DNA from: a virus
Strand: one strand, 5' to 3'
Virus record (IMG/VR): IMGVR_UViG_3300045988_150292
Location: 1 to 64,000 of that record
Length of the DNA: 64,000 bases
Below the pieces are notes generated by a model. That model did no database searches. It saw only the letters and a program-made list of their open reading frames with translations, and had not been told where the DNA came from. The position numbers and the translations under genes were made by a program. Shown one piece after another: positions 1-8,462 of the stretch (positions are counted from its first letter, which is position 1; every line of letters starts with the position of its first letter).

Positions 1-86
1 TCATCGGCTTCGAGCTCAACAAGGAGTATTACGACAAGGCTTGCAAGCGCATCAAGTTGGAGCAAGCGCAACCCACGCTGTTCTGA
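1..86 (+). CDS. 3' end of a DNA methyltransferase-like gene (partial; starts upstream of the window)
   Basis: Frame 3..83 plus TGA at 84-86 reads IGFELNKEYYDKACKRIKLEQAQPTLF*. This resembles the C-terminal tail of phage N4/N6 DNA methylases. Confidence 0.4.
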   Translation, partial: IGFELNKEYYDKACKRIKLEQAQPTLF

Positions 87-180
87 ATCGCGGACAGCAT
101 ACAGTTGTACTGATAGAATGCAACTGAACTCATAGTATATATACCCGCAAGCCTCCGGTGCATCCACATGGCAGCCGAAT

Positions 181-228
181 AGCAAGCCGTGTAGGGCCGG
201 ACGGCTTGCTTTCTTAAAACCGCATCAC
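181..228 (+). promoter_or_regulatory. Intergenic hairpin plus A/T leader unit upstream of the 229 CDS
   Basis: Perfect 10-bp stem AGCAAGCCGT(181-190)/ACGGCTTGCT(201-210), followed by TTCTTAAAACCGCATCAC-ATG. Same layout as the units at 55.5-63.6 kb. Confidence 0.45.
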
Positions 229-561
229 ATGAAGAAATTCAAGAACAACAATGACATCCCTTTCGAGAGGCAGATGCTACCCATCATACAGTCATACGAC
301 CAACTCAGAAGCCTCGTACAGGAGCTCAGAAAGGAGAACATCCAACTCCAGAATGAAAGGGATCTCGCAGAGAGATGCCGCAGGGATTTCCAAAGCGAGA
401 ACTCAAAGCTGAAAAAGAAAGTCCAGTTCCTTGAAAAGATACAACACAGGGAAGCGGAAAAACAGGCTGCAGAAGACATGAAAAAAACTCCAGAACAGCA
501 GTCCTTCGCACAACGGATGAAAAATCTTTTTTTTTGGAAAAAAGCTAATAACCTAAATTAG
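229..561 (+). CDS. Hypothetical coiled-coil protein
   Basis: 110-aa ORF, charged and heptad-like (LRSLVQELRKENIQLQNERDLAE). No family recognised. Confidence 0.55.
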   Translation: MKKFKNNNDIPFERQMLPIIQSYDQLRSLVQELRKENIQLQNERDLAERCRRDFQSENSKLKKKVQFLEKIQHREAEKQAAEDMKKTPEQQSFAQRMKNLFFWKKANNLN

Positions 562-586
562 GATATTAGGTTTTTCAGAACCTAAA
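550..586. repeat. AACCTAA/TTAGGTT half-site cluster (candidate initiator or repressor binding sites)
   Basis: AACCTAAATTAGG (550-562, palindromic), TTAGGTT (566-572) and AACCTAAAA (579-587), directly upstream of the replisome-organizer-like gene. Confidence 0.45.
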
Positions 587-601
587 ATGCTAAATTAGCA
601 T

Positions 602-1585
602 ATGAGAAAAATAACCCTGACATCCCAACACGCAAGCCTCTTGAGGAAAGTACCTGAAGAACACCTCGGAGATATACTTCTTGCAATAACGCAATTCCTT
701 GAAGGTCAGCAAGATATAACGTTTTCAGACCCTCTTTCAGACATCGTTTTTACGGCTCTCACAATGGACGCAAAAACCGAAGACAGAAGGAAATATACAT
801 CGGCGGAAAACGGCAGAAAACATACAAAAAACCTAATTTCAAAAATAGGTTCTGAAAAACCTAATTCTGAAAATAGGTTCAAAGAAAAAGAATCACACAA
901 TAATAATAATATATTTATTAAAGATGTAAATATAGATAATGGGAATTATACTATCCAGGATGATAATAATAATATACAGGATAATATACAAGACTTATCT
1001 GTAGATAATATAATTCAAGAAAAAACCAACATAAATGTTGGTAAAAAAGAAGTTCTTTTTTCGGAAGAAAACGAGAAGAAACCAAGCAAAGAAGACATCG
1101 ACTTCGACATGCTCCGGCTCTATTTCAACTCCAAGATGAAAGGACAGGCCATACGTCCCGTAAAGACAATGACCGACGTCAGAAAAAGGGCAGTTTCGGC
1201 GCGCGCGCGTATGCACGGGAAACAGAGCATCCAGACCGCCATCGACAAGGCGGCGGCTTCCGACTTCCTCAACGGACACAACAACTGCAACTGGGTGGCT
1301 GACTTCAACTGGATATTCCAGGAGAACCGCTTCGTGGATATACTTGAGGGGAAATATGACAACAATAAACAGCAAAGCTATGCAACAGGACAGAACAACG
1401 GATATGCCTGCCGTGACGAACAGCGGGAGGCGGAAAGACAACGGCGTCTTGAAGGTTACGCCGAAATCATCAGAGAAGGTCTCGAAGACGCTGCAAGCGA
1501 TCCTCGGGCGCTGGCCAACAGGCTCGGAACTTCTGGCGACTTTCCACGTGACACGCCAGGCACAGATAGCATCGAACCCTTTTAG
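602..1585 (+). CDS. Replication initiator / replisome-organizer-like protein
   Basis: The N-terminus (HLGDILLAITQFLEG...) resembles DUF6291-type phage replication proteins. The C-terminus (DFDMLRLYFNSKMKGQAIRPV...RKRAVSARARMHG...WVADFNWIFQENRFVDILEGKYDN) resembles the conserved phage C-terminal domain of DnaD-like organizers. A low-complexity N/D/I linker lies in the middle. Confidence 0.55.
   Translation: MRKITLTSQHASLLRKVPEEHLGDILLAITQFLEGQQDITFSDPLSDIVFTALTMDAKTEDRRKYTSAENGRKHTKNLISKIGSEKPNSENRFKEKESHNNNNIFIKDVNIDNGNYTIQDDNNNIQDNIQDLSVDNIIQEKTNINVGKKEVLFSEENEKKPSKEDIDFDMLRLYFNSKMKGQAIRPVKTMTDVRKRAVSARARMHGKQSIQTAIDKAAASDFLNGHNNCNWVADFNWIFQENRFVDILEGKYDNNKQQSYATGQNNGYACRDEQREAERQRRLEGYAEIIREGLEDAASDPRALANRLGTSGDFPRDTPGTDSIEPF
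826..880. repeat. Two 28-bp-spaced iteron-like repeats inside the organizer gene
   Basis: AAAAACCTAATTTCAAAAATAGGTTC and AAAAACCTAATTCTGAAAATAGGTTC. Each is an AACCTA/TAGGTT inverted pair. An AT-rich stretch follows at ~898-1030. Confidence 0.55.
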
Positions 1586-2021
1586 ATGCCATTTCTCCAA
1601 CGCACCCACACTCGCACAGGTGACACGGCTCTACGGAGAAGGGCTCACAAGAGGATGGCTCACGGCACAGTTGGTAAACCTCTCGGAGTTCAGCGGAGCG
1701 AGAGACAAGATAAACGATATGCAGCTGCGTGAGCTGGTGCAGCTCATAATCTCTGACAAGTATTTCCTCAACATGGCGGAGATAATGCTCTTCTGCCACC
1801 GGTTCAAGACCGGCAGATACGAGAAGCTCTACGGCACGGTAGACCCAATGGCGATAATGCGCTCTCTCCGGGAGTTCCTGTACGAACGCAACGACGCCTT
1901 CCACGAGAAGGAACAGAAGGCGCTCGACGAGAAGATGCGCAGGGACAGTCTCAACGCCGTGAGCTATCGGGAATATCGCGAACGAAAAAAAATGAAAGAC
2001 GAATGTAAAACCACTGACTGA
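1548..2021 (+). CDS. Conserved phage protein; start uncertain (GTG 1548 proposed)
   Basis: The track ORF 1344..2021 overlaps the previous gene by 240 nt out of frame. Protein-like sequence starts around FSNAPTLAQVTRLYGEG...MLFCHRFKTGRYEKLYGTVDP. The first plausible in-frame start near the upstream stop is GTG at 1548. Confidence 0.5.
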   Translation: MTRQAQIASNPFRCHFSNAPTLAQVTRLYGEGLTRGWLTAQLVNLSEFSGARDKINDMQLRELVQLIISDKYFLNMAEIMLFCHRFKTGRYEKLYGTVDPMAIMRSLREFLYERNDAFHEKEQKALDEKMRRDSLNAVSYREYRERKKMKDECKTTD

Positions 2022-2022
2022 C

Positions 2023-2316
2023 ATGGAAGACAAGACAAGGGAAATGGCGGAGGCTTTCGCCGACAGGATAGACGACGGGCAGCGCACCGCAAGGCAATGC
2101 GCAGTGCTCGCATACATGAAAGGGGCTGAAGGAAGGGCAAAGGCGGCTTGGCATCCTGCCGATGAGCTGCCGGAACATCCGGAAAAGGGCATCGTGATTG
2201 TCACGAAGGTAAGACGGCGCTTCGTACACGCGACATTCAACGGAGTGGAGCCCTGGAACGCCAAAATCAAGAACATCAACGCCTGGAAGTGGGCATACAA
2301 GGAGGACTTGCTATGA
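2023..2316 (+). CDS. Hypothetical protein, DUF551-like
   Basis: 97-aa ORF starting 2 nt after the previous stop. The WHPADELPEHPEKGIVIV pattern resembles the phage DUF551 domain. Confidence 0.5.
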   Translation: MEDKTREMAEAFADRIDDGQRTARQCAVLAYMKGAEGRAKAAWHPADELPEHPEKGIVIVTKVRRRFVHATFNGVEPWNAKIKNINAWKWAYKEDLL

Positions 2317-2441
2317 AATATCGCCGTAGAGGCTGCTGCGATTGTCTGTGGCGCGATGAACCGCACAATGTGGGCAATTGTCCCACCCCTGACGAGAAAT
2401 GCGGCGAGAAGTGCCCGAAATGGGAGTGGAGATACGAATGA
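2313..2441 (+). CDS. Small Cys-rich protein (42 aa; below the ORF-track cutoff)
   Basis: ATGA overlap with the previous stop. Reads MKYRRRGCCDCLWRDEPHNVGNCPTPDEKCGEKCPKWEWRYE*, with 7 Cys. Confidence 0.45.
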   Translation: MKYRRRGCCDCLWRDEPHNVGNCPTPDEKCGEKCPKWEWRYE

Positions 2442-2461
2442 ACTTTTAAAAACAAGACAAA

Positions 2462-2890
2462 ATGGAAAAAATCACAAGAAAGACAGGAACCTTCTTCGTC
2501 TGCACAGTGGCATACGAGAACGTGGAAGCAAAGAAAGTAAAAGAGCCTTATGTAATCGACGCACAGAGCTTCGCAGAGGCCGAAGCAAAGGTCCTCGGAG
2601 AAATGGACGGGTTCCACGACGTCGAGATGGCCGACATCAGCAGGGCGCAGTTCTCGGAGATATTCTCCGTGCAGAGTGACGAAGACATGAAATACTACAA
2701 GGTTAAGATAAACATTGTCGCACCCGACGAACGCACAGGAAAGGACAGGAAACAGACGATGTGTTTCCTCGTCATGGGAACTTCCACGAGAAACGCACAG
2801 ACGAACTTCGACGAGGCAATGAGGGAGACGCAGGTTGACTTCTCGGTCGAAGCGATAATTGAAAACCAAAAAATCGTCACGGTCCTCTGA
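2462..2890 (+). CDS. DUF4494-like protein
   Basis: 142 aa. FFVCTVAYENVEAKKVKEPYVIDAQSFAEAEAKV matches the Bacteroidota DUF4494 pattern from memory. Confidence 0.6.
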   Translation: MEKITRKTGTFFVCTVAYENVEAKKVKEPYVIDAQSFAEAEAKVLGEMDGFHDVEMADISRAQFSEIFSVQSDEDMKYYKVKINIVAPDERTGKDRKQTMCFLVMGTSTRNAQTNFDEAMRETQVDFSVEAIIENQKIVTVL

Positions 2891-2891
2891 T

Positions 2892-3044
2892 ATGACGCAG
2901 CGTGAAAGGAACATAATACAGATAATCCTCAAAATGGAAGACGGTGAGCTCTGCCAAGTACTTGACCTGGCAAAAGCGGTGTCTTCTCCCGATGCGAGGA
3001 ACATGATCAACAGAATATTGGAGAAGAGAAACAATGGCAACTAA
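2892..3044 (+). CDS. Small hypothetical protein
   Basis: An internal ATG at 2892 follows the upstream stop by 1 nt (MTQRERNIIQIILKMEDGEL...). The track ORF begins at 2859. Confidence 0.4.
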   Translation: MTQRERNIIQIILKMEDGELCQVLDLAKAVSSPDARNMINRILEKRNNGN

Positions 3045-3780
3045 AAAACAGACAGAACAGGCTGAACTGGCGGCGCAGCAGGAACAGAAGAATAAAACAG
3101 CCGCAATGGAACTTTACAACAGACTCCGCAAAGTGCCGCAGGAGGCGCTGAAGAATATACAGGCAGGACGTCTGAAAGGCATGAGTGACATCAACCCGAT
3201 GTGGAGAATACAGATGATGACTGAAGCGTTCGGGACCTGCGGCTTCGGATGGAAATACGAAATCGTGAAGCAATGGGCTGAAACCTACGGAAACGAGACA
3301 AAGGTGTTCTGTAACATCAATCTCTTCGTCATGGTTGAAGGCCACTGGTCTGATCCGATACCGGGAACTGGAGGTTCCGCCGTGGTCAGCTCGGAGCGTA
3401 ACGGTGTCTATGTCAACGACGAGGCTTACAAGATGGCGCTCACCGACGCTCTCTCGGTGGCGATGAAGGCGCTTGGCGTAGGTGCTGACGTCTACTACTC
3501 CAAAGGGGCACAGATAGTGGACTCTTCCACTAAATACAACATGAACGAGCAGCTGGCAATGGGCCAGGTGCAGCCATCGCAGCAGACTCCACAGAAACAG
3601 CCGGCGAAGAACGGAAACAGCATAAACCCAAACGACATCTTCCAGGCACAGGAGTTCCTTGCAAAGGCAACCACAAAGGAACAGCTGAAATGGATTTACG
3701 TCACTTTCGCACCATTGCAGAAGGACCCTACTTTCATGGGATTGTGCACCCAGAAAAAGAAGGAACTGAAAATCGGATGA
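3034..3780 (+). CDS. Single-strand annealing protein, Rad52 superfamily (Sak/Erf-like)
   Basis: GRLKGMSDINPMWRIQMMTEAFGTCGFGWKYEI ... GTGGSAVV ... DEAYKMALTDALSVAMKALGVGADVYY is the pattern of Rad52-like phage recombinases. It sits next to an exonuclease and an SSB. Confidence 0.6.
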   Translation: MATKKQTEQAELAAQQEQKNKTAAMELYNRLRKVPQEALKNIQAGRLKGMSDINPMWRIQMMTEAFGTCGFGWKYEIVKQWAETYGNETKVFCNINLFVMVEGHWSDPIPGTGGSAVVSSERNGVYVNDEAYKMALTDALSVAMKALGVGADVYYSKGAQIVDSSTKYNMNEQLAMGQVQPSQQTPQKQPAKNGNSINPNDIFQAQEFLAKATTKEQLKWIYVTFAPLQKDPTFMGLCTQKKKELKIG

Positions 3781-3824
3781 AAACTTTAGCATATTCTCAT
3801 AACACGTTGTAAACAAATGATATA

Positions 3825-4766
3825 ATGGAAAAGGAAAATCCTACGGAAGGTAACATCTCTCTGGCTGACTCCGGGGTGGTTTTTGACCAGTCGCAACACC
3901 GTTATTTCCTCGGGGGGAAAGAGTTGTCGGGTGTTACGTCTACACTCATAAAAAGAGCGTTCCCTTCCACTTACGACAACATTCCGCAGGCTGTGCTTGA
4001 CGCTGCGGCTCAGAGGGGGTCGGTGGTACATGCGTCGATTGAAATGTTCAACGGCATCTTCGACGGAGACGACTCGATGTTCCCTGCCGACGACTGGACG
4101 CCGGAACTGAGGTCTTACGTCGGAATGGTAAAGACCAACGGACTCAGATGTCTGGCTTCTGAATACATCGTCACCGACTTTAAGGACTACGCTTCGGCAA
4201 TCGACGGGGTGTATGCGGACTCCGACGGAGGGATTGTGTTGGTTGACTACAAGACCACCTCGCAGCTCTACTACGAGAGTGTGGCGCTGCAGCTCTCAAT
4301 CTATGCCCGCTTCTTCGAGATGGTGAACCGCGGACTAAAGGTCAAGTCCATAGCCTGCATGTGGCTAAGAGGCGACAAGGGCAGGTATGTGGAACTGGGC
4401 AGGGTAAGCGACGGAGTGCTCGATGAACTCATCCGTGCCGACCTTAACGAGGACCTGTCTTATTCCTACACTCCTGAAATACCGGGCGGCTTCTACGCTC
4501 TTGAACAGGAGTTCGTGGAGCTCTCGCGGAAGATCGGAGGATTGCAGGAACGGCAGACTGCCGTGAAGGACAAGATCCTGGCGCTCATGCGGCAGAACAA
4601 CGCCAAGTCTTACAAGACGGCGGCAGGCTCTTTCACTTACGTTCCTCCTACAACGGGGAAGAAATTCGATTCGGCCAAGTTGAAGGAGGATGACCCTGAC
4701 CTCTACGACAAGTATGCCAAGGAAAGCACAATCGCGGCATCCCTGAGAATTAAACTTAAAAAATAA
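3825..4766 (+). CDS. PD-(D/E)XK (RecB/Cas4-like) recombination exonuclease
   Basis: Motifs GSVVHASIE, IDGVY...GGIVLVDYKTT and QLSIYA. Located immediately downstream of the annealing protein gene. Confidence 0.6.
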   Translation: MEKENPTEGNISLADSGVVFDQSQHRYFLGGKELSGVTSTLIKRAFPSTYDNIPQAVLDAAAQRGSVVHASIEMFNGIFDGDDSMFPADDWTPELRSYVGMVKTNGLRCLASEYIVTDFKDYASAIDGVYADSDGGIVLVDYKTTSQLYYESVALQLSIYARFFEMVNRGLKVKSIACMWLRGDKGRYVELGRVSDGVLDELIRADLNEDLSYSYTPEIPGGFYALEQEFVELSRKIGGLQERQTAVKDKILALMRQNNAKSYKTAAGSFTYVPPTTGKKFDSAKLKEDDPDLYDKYAKESTIAASLRIKLKK

Positions 4767-4778
4767 AAACTTGAAAAA

Positions 4779-5162
4779 ATGGATATACAAGGAAAAATCA
4801 TCGCGGTGCTGGAGACTCGCTCCGGCGTTTCCGCAACCGGCACACAGTGGCAGGTCGCCTCTTATGTGCTTGAAACTGATGGTATGTACCCGAAGAAAAT
4901 GGTGTTCGAGGTCTACGGCCCTGACCGCATAGCGCAGATGAACATCCGGCAGGGGGAGGAACTGAAGGTGTATTTCGATGTGGATGCACATGAATGGAAC
5001 GGCAAATGGTTCAATTCCATAAAGGCATGGAAGGTGGAACGTCCCGGAGCAGGACAGACACAACAACCGGTACCACAGCAGACGGCGTTCCCAGAAGCTC
5101 CGGCGGCTCCGGCAGTAACGCAGCAGCCACCGCAGAGCGGAGACGACGACCTGCCATTTTGA
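4779..5162 (+). CDS. DUF3127-type OB-fold ssDNA-binding protein with an SSB-like acidic tail
   Basis: MDIQGKIIAVLETRSGVS..GTQWQVASYVLETDGMYPKKMVFEVYG...WFNSIKAWKV is DUF3127-like. The P/Q-rich linker ends in DDDLPF, like the SSB C-terminal tip. Confidence 0.7.
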   Translation: MDIQGKIIAVLETRSGVSATGTQWQVASYVLETDGMYPKKMVFEVYGPDRIAQMNIRQGEELKVYFDVDAHEWNGKWFNSIKAWKVERPGAGQTQQPVPQQTAFPEAPAAPAVTQQPPQSGDDDLPF

Positions 5163-5200
5163 CGAGACGGCGGACATGGTGATACGAATAGCCGAAAAGT

Positions 5201-5656
5201 ATGGTATACGACTTGTCAGACTGTCTTGAACGTGAACAGTTCACCGCCAGAGTGGAGTACCTCATGGGGAAATCTTCCCCTGGGGGAAACACTTTCCGGG
5301 TGGAACTTACGGAGAAGAAGCAGCGCACGTTGGCGCAGAACGCATATCTGCATTGCGCCATGGCTTATTTCGCATTGCAGATCGGACTGCCGATGCAGGA
5401 GGTCAAGGAGGTGTATTTCAAGGCAGTGTGCAATCCCGACCTGTTCCAGCGAACAAGGTTTGACAATATCCTGGGATGCGAACGTACCTTCATGAGGTCT
5501 TCCAAGGATCTCACCAAGGAGGAGATGACCACGGCAATCGACAGGTTCCTCAAATTCGCATCCGAAAAGGCAGGGATATACATTCCGCCGTCCGACGAAT
5601 ATATCGCAGTGCAGAGGATGCAGCACGAAGTGGAACGAAACAGCAGATATTTATGA
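5201..5656 (+). CDS. NinB/Orf-like recombination mediator (tentative)
   Basis: 151 aa. The KKQRTLAQNAYLHCAM motif resembles the RSLxQN motif of NinB-family proteins. Sits within the recombination module. Confidence 0.35.
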   Translation: MVYDLSDCLEREQFTARVEYLMGKSSPGGNTFRVELTEKKQRTLAQNAYLHCAMAYFALQIGLPMQEVKEVYFKAVCNPDLFQRTRFDNILGCERTFMRSSKDLTKEEMTTAIDRFLKFASEKAGIYIPPSDEYIAVQRMQHEVERNSRYL

Positions 5657-5931
5657 ACAGAAAACACAACAGAAACTTTCTCGACATCCTCACGGAGGAG
5701 GAGAAGGTGTATTATACGAACTACAAACTACAAATCGGGGGGGGGGGACTCGTCACTTCGTATGATGTGAAGATGCAGAACTCGATTTGCAGAAAACAGA
5801 AAAGATACAAGAAGGAAAAGGAATGGGCGGAAAGGATGGCCTATGACATAGCAATCGACTTCGGTGTTTCCGCCGGACTTGTCTCTGATGTTCTCTACTC
5901 TGCAATGGTGTGGGGAGAAACGATAAAATAA
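5653..5931 (+). CDS. Hypothetical protein containing a G11 homopolymer
   Basis: ATGA overlap with the upstream stop (MNRKHNRNFLDILTEEEKVYYTNYKLQIGGGGLV...). Confidence 0.5.
   Translation: MNRKHNRNFLDILTEEEKVYYTNYKLQIGGGGLVTSYDVKMQNSICRKQKRYKKEKEWAERMAYDIAIDFGVSAGLVSDVLYSAMVWGETIK
5737..5747 (+). repeat. Poly-G tract (11 nt) inside a CDS
   Basis: ATC GGG GGG GGG GGA encodes IGGGG. A length change would frameshift the ORF. Confidence 0.9.
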
Positions 5932-5946
5932 TATATTGAATCTTTC

Positions 5947-6144
5947 ATGATGCAGAAAGTTATCTATTGGCACAGAAGACTGAGCCAAAACGCTCTGGAT
6001 AAAATAAAGCGACGCTTTCACATCACCGGCACTACGGTAAACGGAGAAAGCATCGCTACCATCGACGAAGGTGATGAAGAAGCATTCCGGAAATGCATCG
6101 ACGGAGGCTTCTTTATAGTGAGAAACAAAACAATAAAACTTTAA
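5947..6144 (+). CDS. Hypothetical protein
   Basis: 65-aa ORF in the same-strand gene train. Confidence 0.4.
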   Translation: MMQKVIYWHRRLSQNALDKIKRRFHITGTTVNGESIATIDEGDEEAFRKCIDGGFFIVRNKTIKL

Positions 6145-6437
6145 TGTCTATGACAGAACAGACAATAACATTCACTCCCTCTGCCTCATTGCGCAAGGGT
6201 CTGAAACTAATCGCAAAGGGCATCTGGCTGACCATCGCGTCAATCGGCAGACTGATCGACGCAAGCATCCGCCGCTTCCCTTACGTATGGATTGCTGCCA
6301 TACTGGTCTTTTCGCTAATCACTGCCTATGTCAACATCGGCAAGGCGAGAGCCGAACGTGACCGCCTTAACAAGCAGAACTATGAACTAACACAGAAGGT
6401 AGAAAAACTCTCTTATGGAAAATTCGATGGAAAATAA
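6144..6437 (+). CDS. Small membrane/coiled-coil protein
   Basis: TAATG overlap with the previous stop. Hydrophobic segments GIWLTIASIG and YVWIAAILVFSLITAYV are followed by a coiled coil. Confidence 0.5.
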   Translation: MSMTEQTITFTPSASLRKGLKLIAKGIWLTIASIGRLIDASIRRFPYVWIAAILVFSLITAYVNIGKARAERDRLNKQNYELTQKVEKLSYGKFDGK

Positions 6438-7387
6438 GGACTGCAACATAAAGGCTGACATACGTAAGCCGAAAAAAGTGCTGAATGTCAGCACAAGCAG
6501 CGAACTGTCGCAGGCTCGCTTCACTCGCAGAAGGCAACACACAGAGCTAATCGCAAAGCGAATCAACTATCAGAAAGCTTGCGACAGTGTAGGCTGCCTC
6601 CTGTTCCTCGTCAACGACCAGGCAGGCTTCGCCATCTTTGATGCAATGGATAGGCTGAAACGCTCACCTCTCTACAAGCAGAAGGTGAAGCAACTGGCAA
6701 ACAAGGCGAGCAAGGCATACGACCTGTATGAGAAGACACGCCGCTCCATGTTCCTAAACAAGGACGTGGAGGAAGCTGAACTACATCCTGCAGGACAAGT
6801 ACCAGGACTGGTTGCAGAAGCACGTCAATATGCTCCGCTTCGCAGCATACAACGTGCTTACCCGGCTACAGGTGCCTGAACGTGAAGCCATTTCCTATGC
6901 CATCGCAGCCTACGGTGTCCTCTATCTCGCTGAGACGACCTTCGACATGCAGTTCGAAGCGCAGAGAATCCAGTACGGTGTAGATGTACGTAAGGAATAT
7001 GCCTTCGCTTCCATGCACGGCATCAAGCGGACGTGGAATGATCTCCTTGCATATCTCGTCCCGGAAGACGGGACAAGGGCGGTCAGCGATGACCATGATT
7101 TCCGCCTTGCAATGGAAATCCTCACCAAGAAGGCTTCGGATGTTGACGTCCTCAACGACATAGCCGGAGAGGTGATAGTCGAGAACAAGGAAAAGCTGCT
7201 CGCCAATGCCAGTAGCGACGAAGTAAGAGAATACATCGAAAAGGAATACATCGAAAAAAACTACAGGAACAATGACAACACTACTAATTTTCATCATCGC
7301 CTGCCTCTTCGTAGCAGACATCATCCTCCTCGTCTCTCTCAACCGCATAATGGGGGAGAACGAAAGACTGAAGGAGAAATACAATAA
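6415..7387 (+). pseudogene. Split gene: two overlapping frames that read as one protein across a +1 shift near 6758-6775
   Basis: Frame 1 (6415..) is protein-like up to ...RRSMFLNKD, then becomes junk (EEAELHPAGQVPG...). Frame 2 opens at 6758 and reads (T)WRKLNYILQDKYQDWLQKHVNMLRFAAYNVL... through to 7387. Confidence 0.5.
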
Positions 7388-7472
7388 ACTGGATAAGCGT
7401 CTCACTGACAAGCTCTACGAGTCTGCCGGTATCATCCAGGCGCTCCAGCGTCACATCAACGGAATAAAATAA
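7272..7472 (+). CDS. Small membrane protein
   Basis: N-terminal TM segment (TTLLIFIIACLFVADIILLVSL) followed by a coiled coil. Confidence 0.5.
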   Translation: MTTLLIFIIACLFVADIILLVSLNRIMGENERLKEKYNKLDKRLTDKLYESAGIIQALQRHINGIK

Positions 7473-7479
7473 AAGCCTT

Positions 7480-7788
7480 ATGATAACATACAGACTCAAC
7501 CAGCTTCCTCCCGAATACGGACTGATGGGTGTCGAACGAACCTTGATATTCCGATTGCTGGAAGCGGGGTTCAAGGTTAAATTTCTGAATGAGGCAGGGG
7601 AGATACACATTTGGGGCAAAGCATTCCATCTCTGCGAATGTGAAATCACCTTTCTTGAACTCCTCGACCTTATCAAGTTCATCAACTTTGTCGGCAGAAT
7701 TGAAATCGGTATTGACAGCATCACGATGCTCGAAGCCGAGCTAAAGAAATACAAATATCCAGAACATCCAATAACCTTGAAACAGTAA
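7480..7788 (+). CDS. Hypothetical protein
   Basis: 102-aa ORF, tightly packed with its neighbours. Confidence 0.5.
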   Translation: MITYRLNQLPPEYGLMGVERTLIFRLLEAGFKVKFLNEAGEIHIWGKAFHLCECEITFLELLDLIKFINFVGRIEIGIDSITMLEAELKKYKYPEHPITLKQ

Positions 7789-7795
7789 GAATAAT

Positions 7796-8410
7796 ATGAA
7801 AAGATACATTATCAAAAATGCGGATGGAAGCGAGCAAAGTGAAATGCAAGCCATCCACAATACACGCAACGAAGCTGTGGAAACCTTGATGGACTACATT
7901 TGCAACCACAACGAAGATTTGGACGTTGACGATGACGATTATTTGTCGCCGTTTGATTTCGCCCTTGAAGAAGTTGAATGCACGGAAGTGAATGAAGAAA
8001 TCACGGACTTTGAGAGCGCAAGAAAAGCCCTTGGCTTCAAGCCGAACACAGACTTTACCATTAAGGAGGTTCTTTCTGGAAACGTTGTTGAGCTTGAAGA
8101 TGTTAGAAGACTTGTGACCGGCATCAACCCCAAGCACATTGAAGCGTTGATTGCCCTTAACAGGTTGTTCACTATTGCCGAAGTATGGAACAAGGAAGAA
8201 GGCTTTGTACCCGATTTCTCGGATAGGAAACAATACAAGTGGATCCCTTGGTTCGAGTATGACAAGAGTGCTGCGGAGTTCGTGTGCACGGATACGGAGA
8301 TCGCGTCTACGGCTGTGGCTGTCGGTTCTCGGCTTTGCTTCAAATCGTCCGCGCGCGCCGCGCAATTCGGCAAGCAATTCATCGACCTTTACAACAAGGT
8401 TTTCTTGTAA
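7796..8410 (+). CDS. Hypothetical protein
   Basis: 204-aa ORF with an acidic N-terminal half. No family recognised. Confidence 0.55.
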   Translation: MKRYIIKNADGSEQSEMQAIHNTRNEAVETLMDYICNHNEDLDVDDDDYLSPFDFALEEVECTEVNEEITDFESARKALGFKPNTDFTIKEVLSGNVVELEDVRRLVTGINPKHIEALIALNRLFTIAEVWNKEEGFVPDFSDRKQYKWIPWFEYDKSAAEFVCTDTEIASTAVAVGSRLCFKSSARAAQFGKQFIDLYNKVFL

Positions 8411-8462
8411 TGTAATAGGCGAGAGTGAAATAGGTAACAATGATTATCCAAGATGCAATGAT

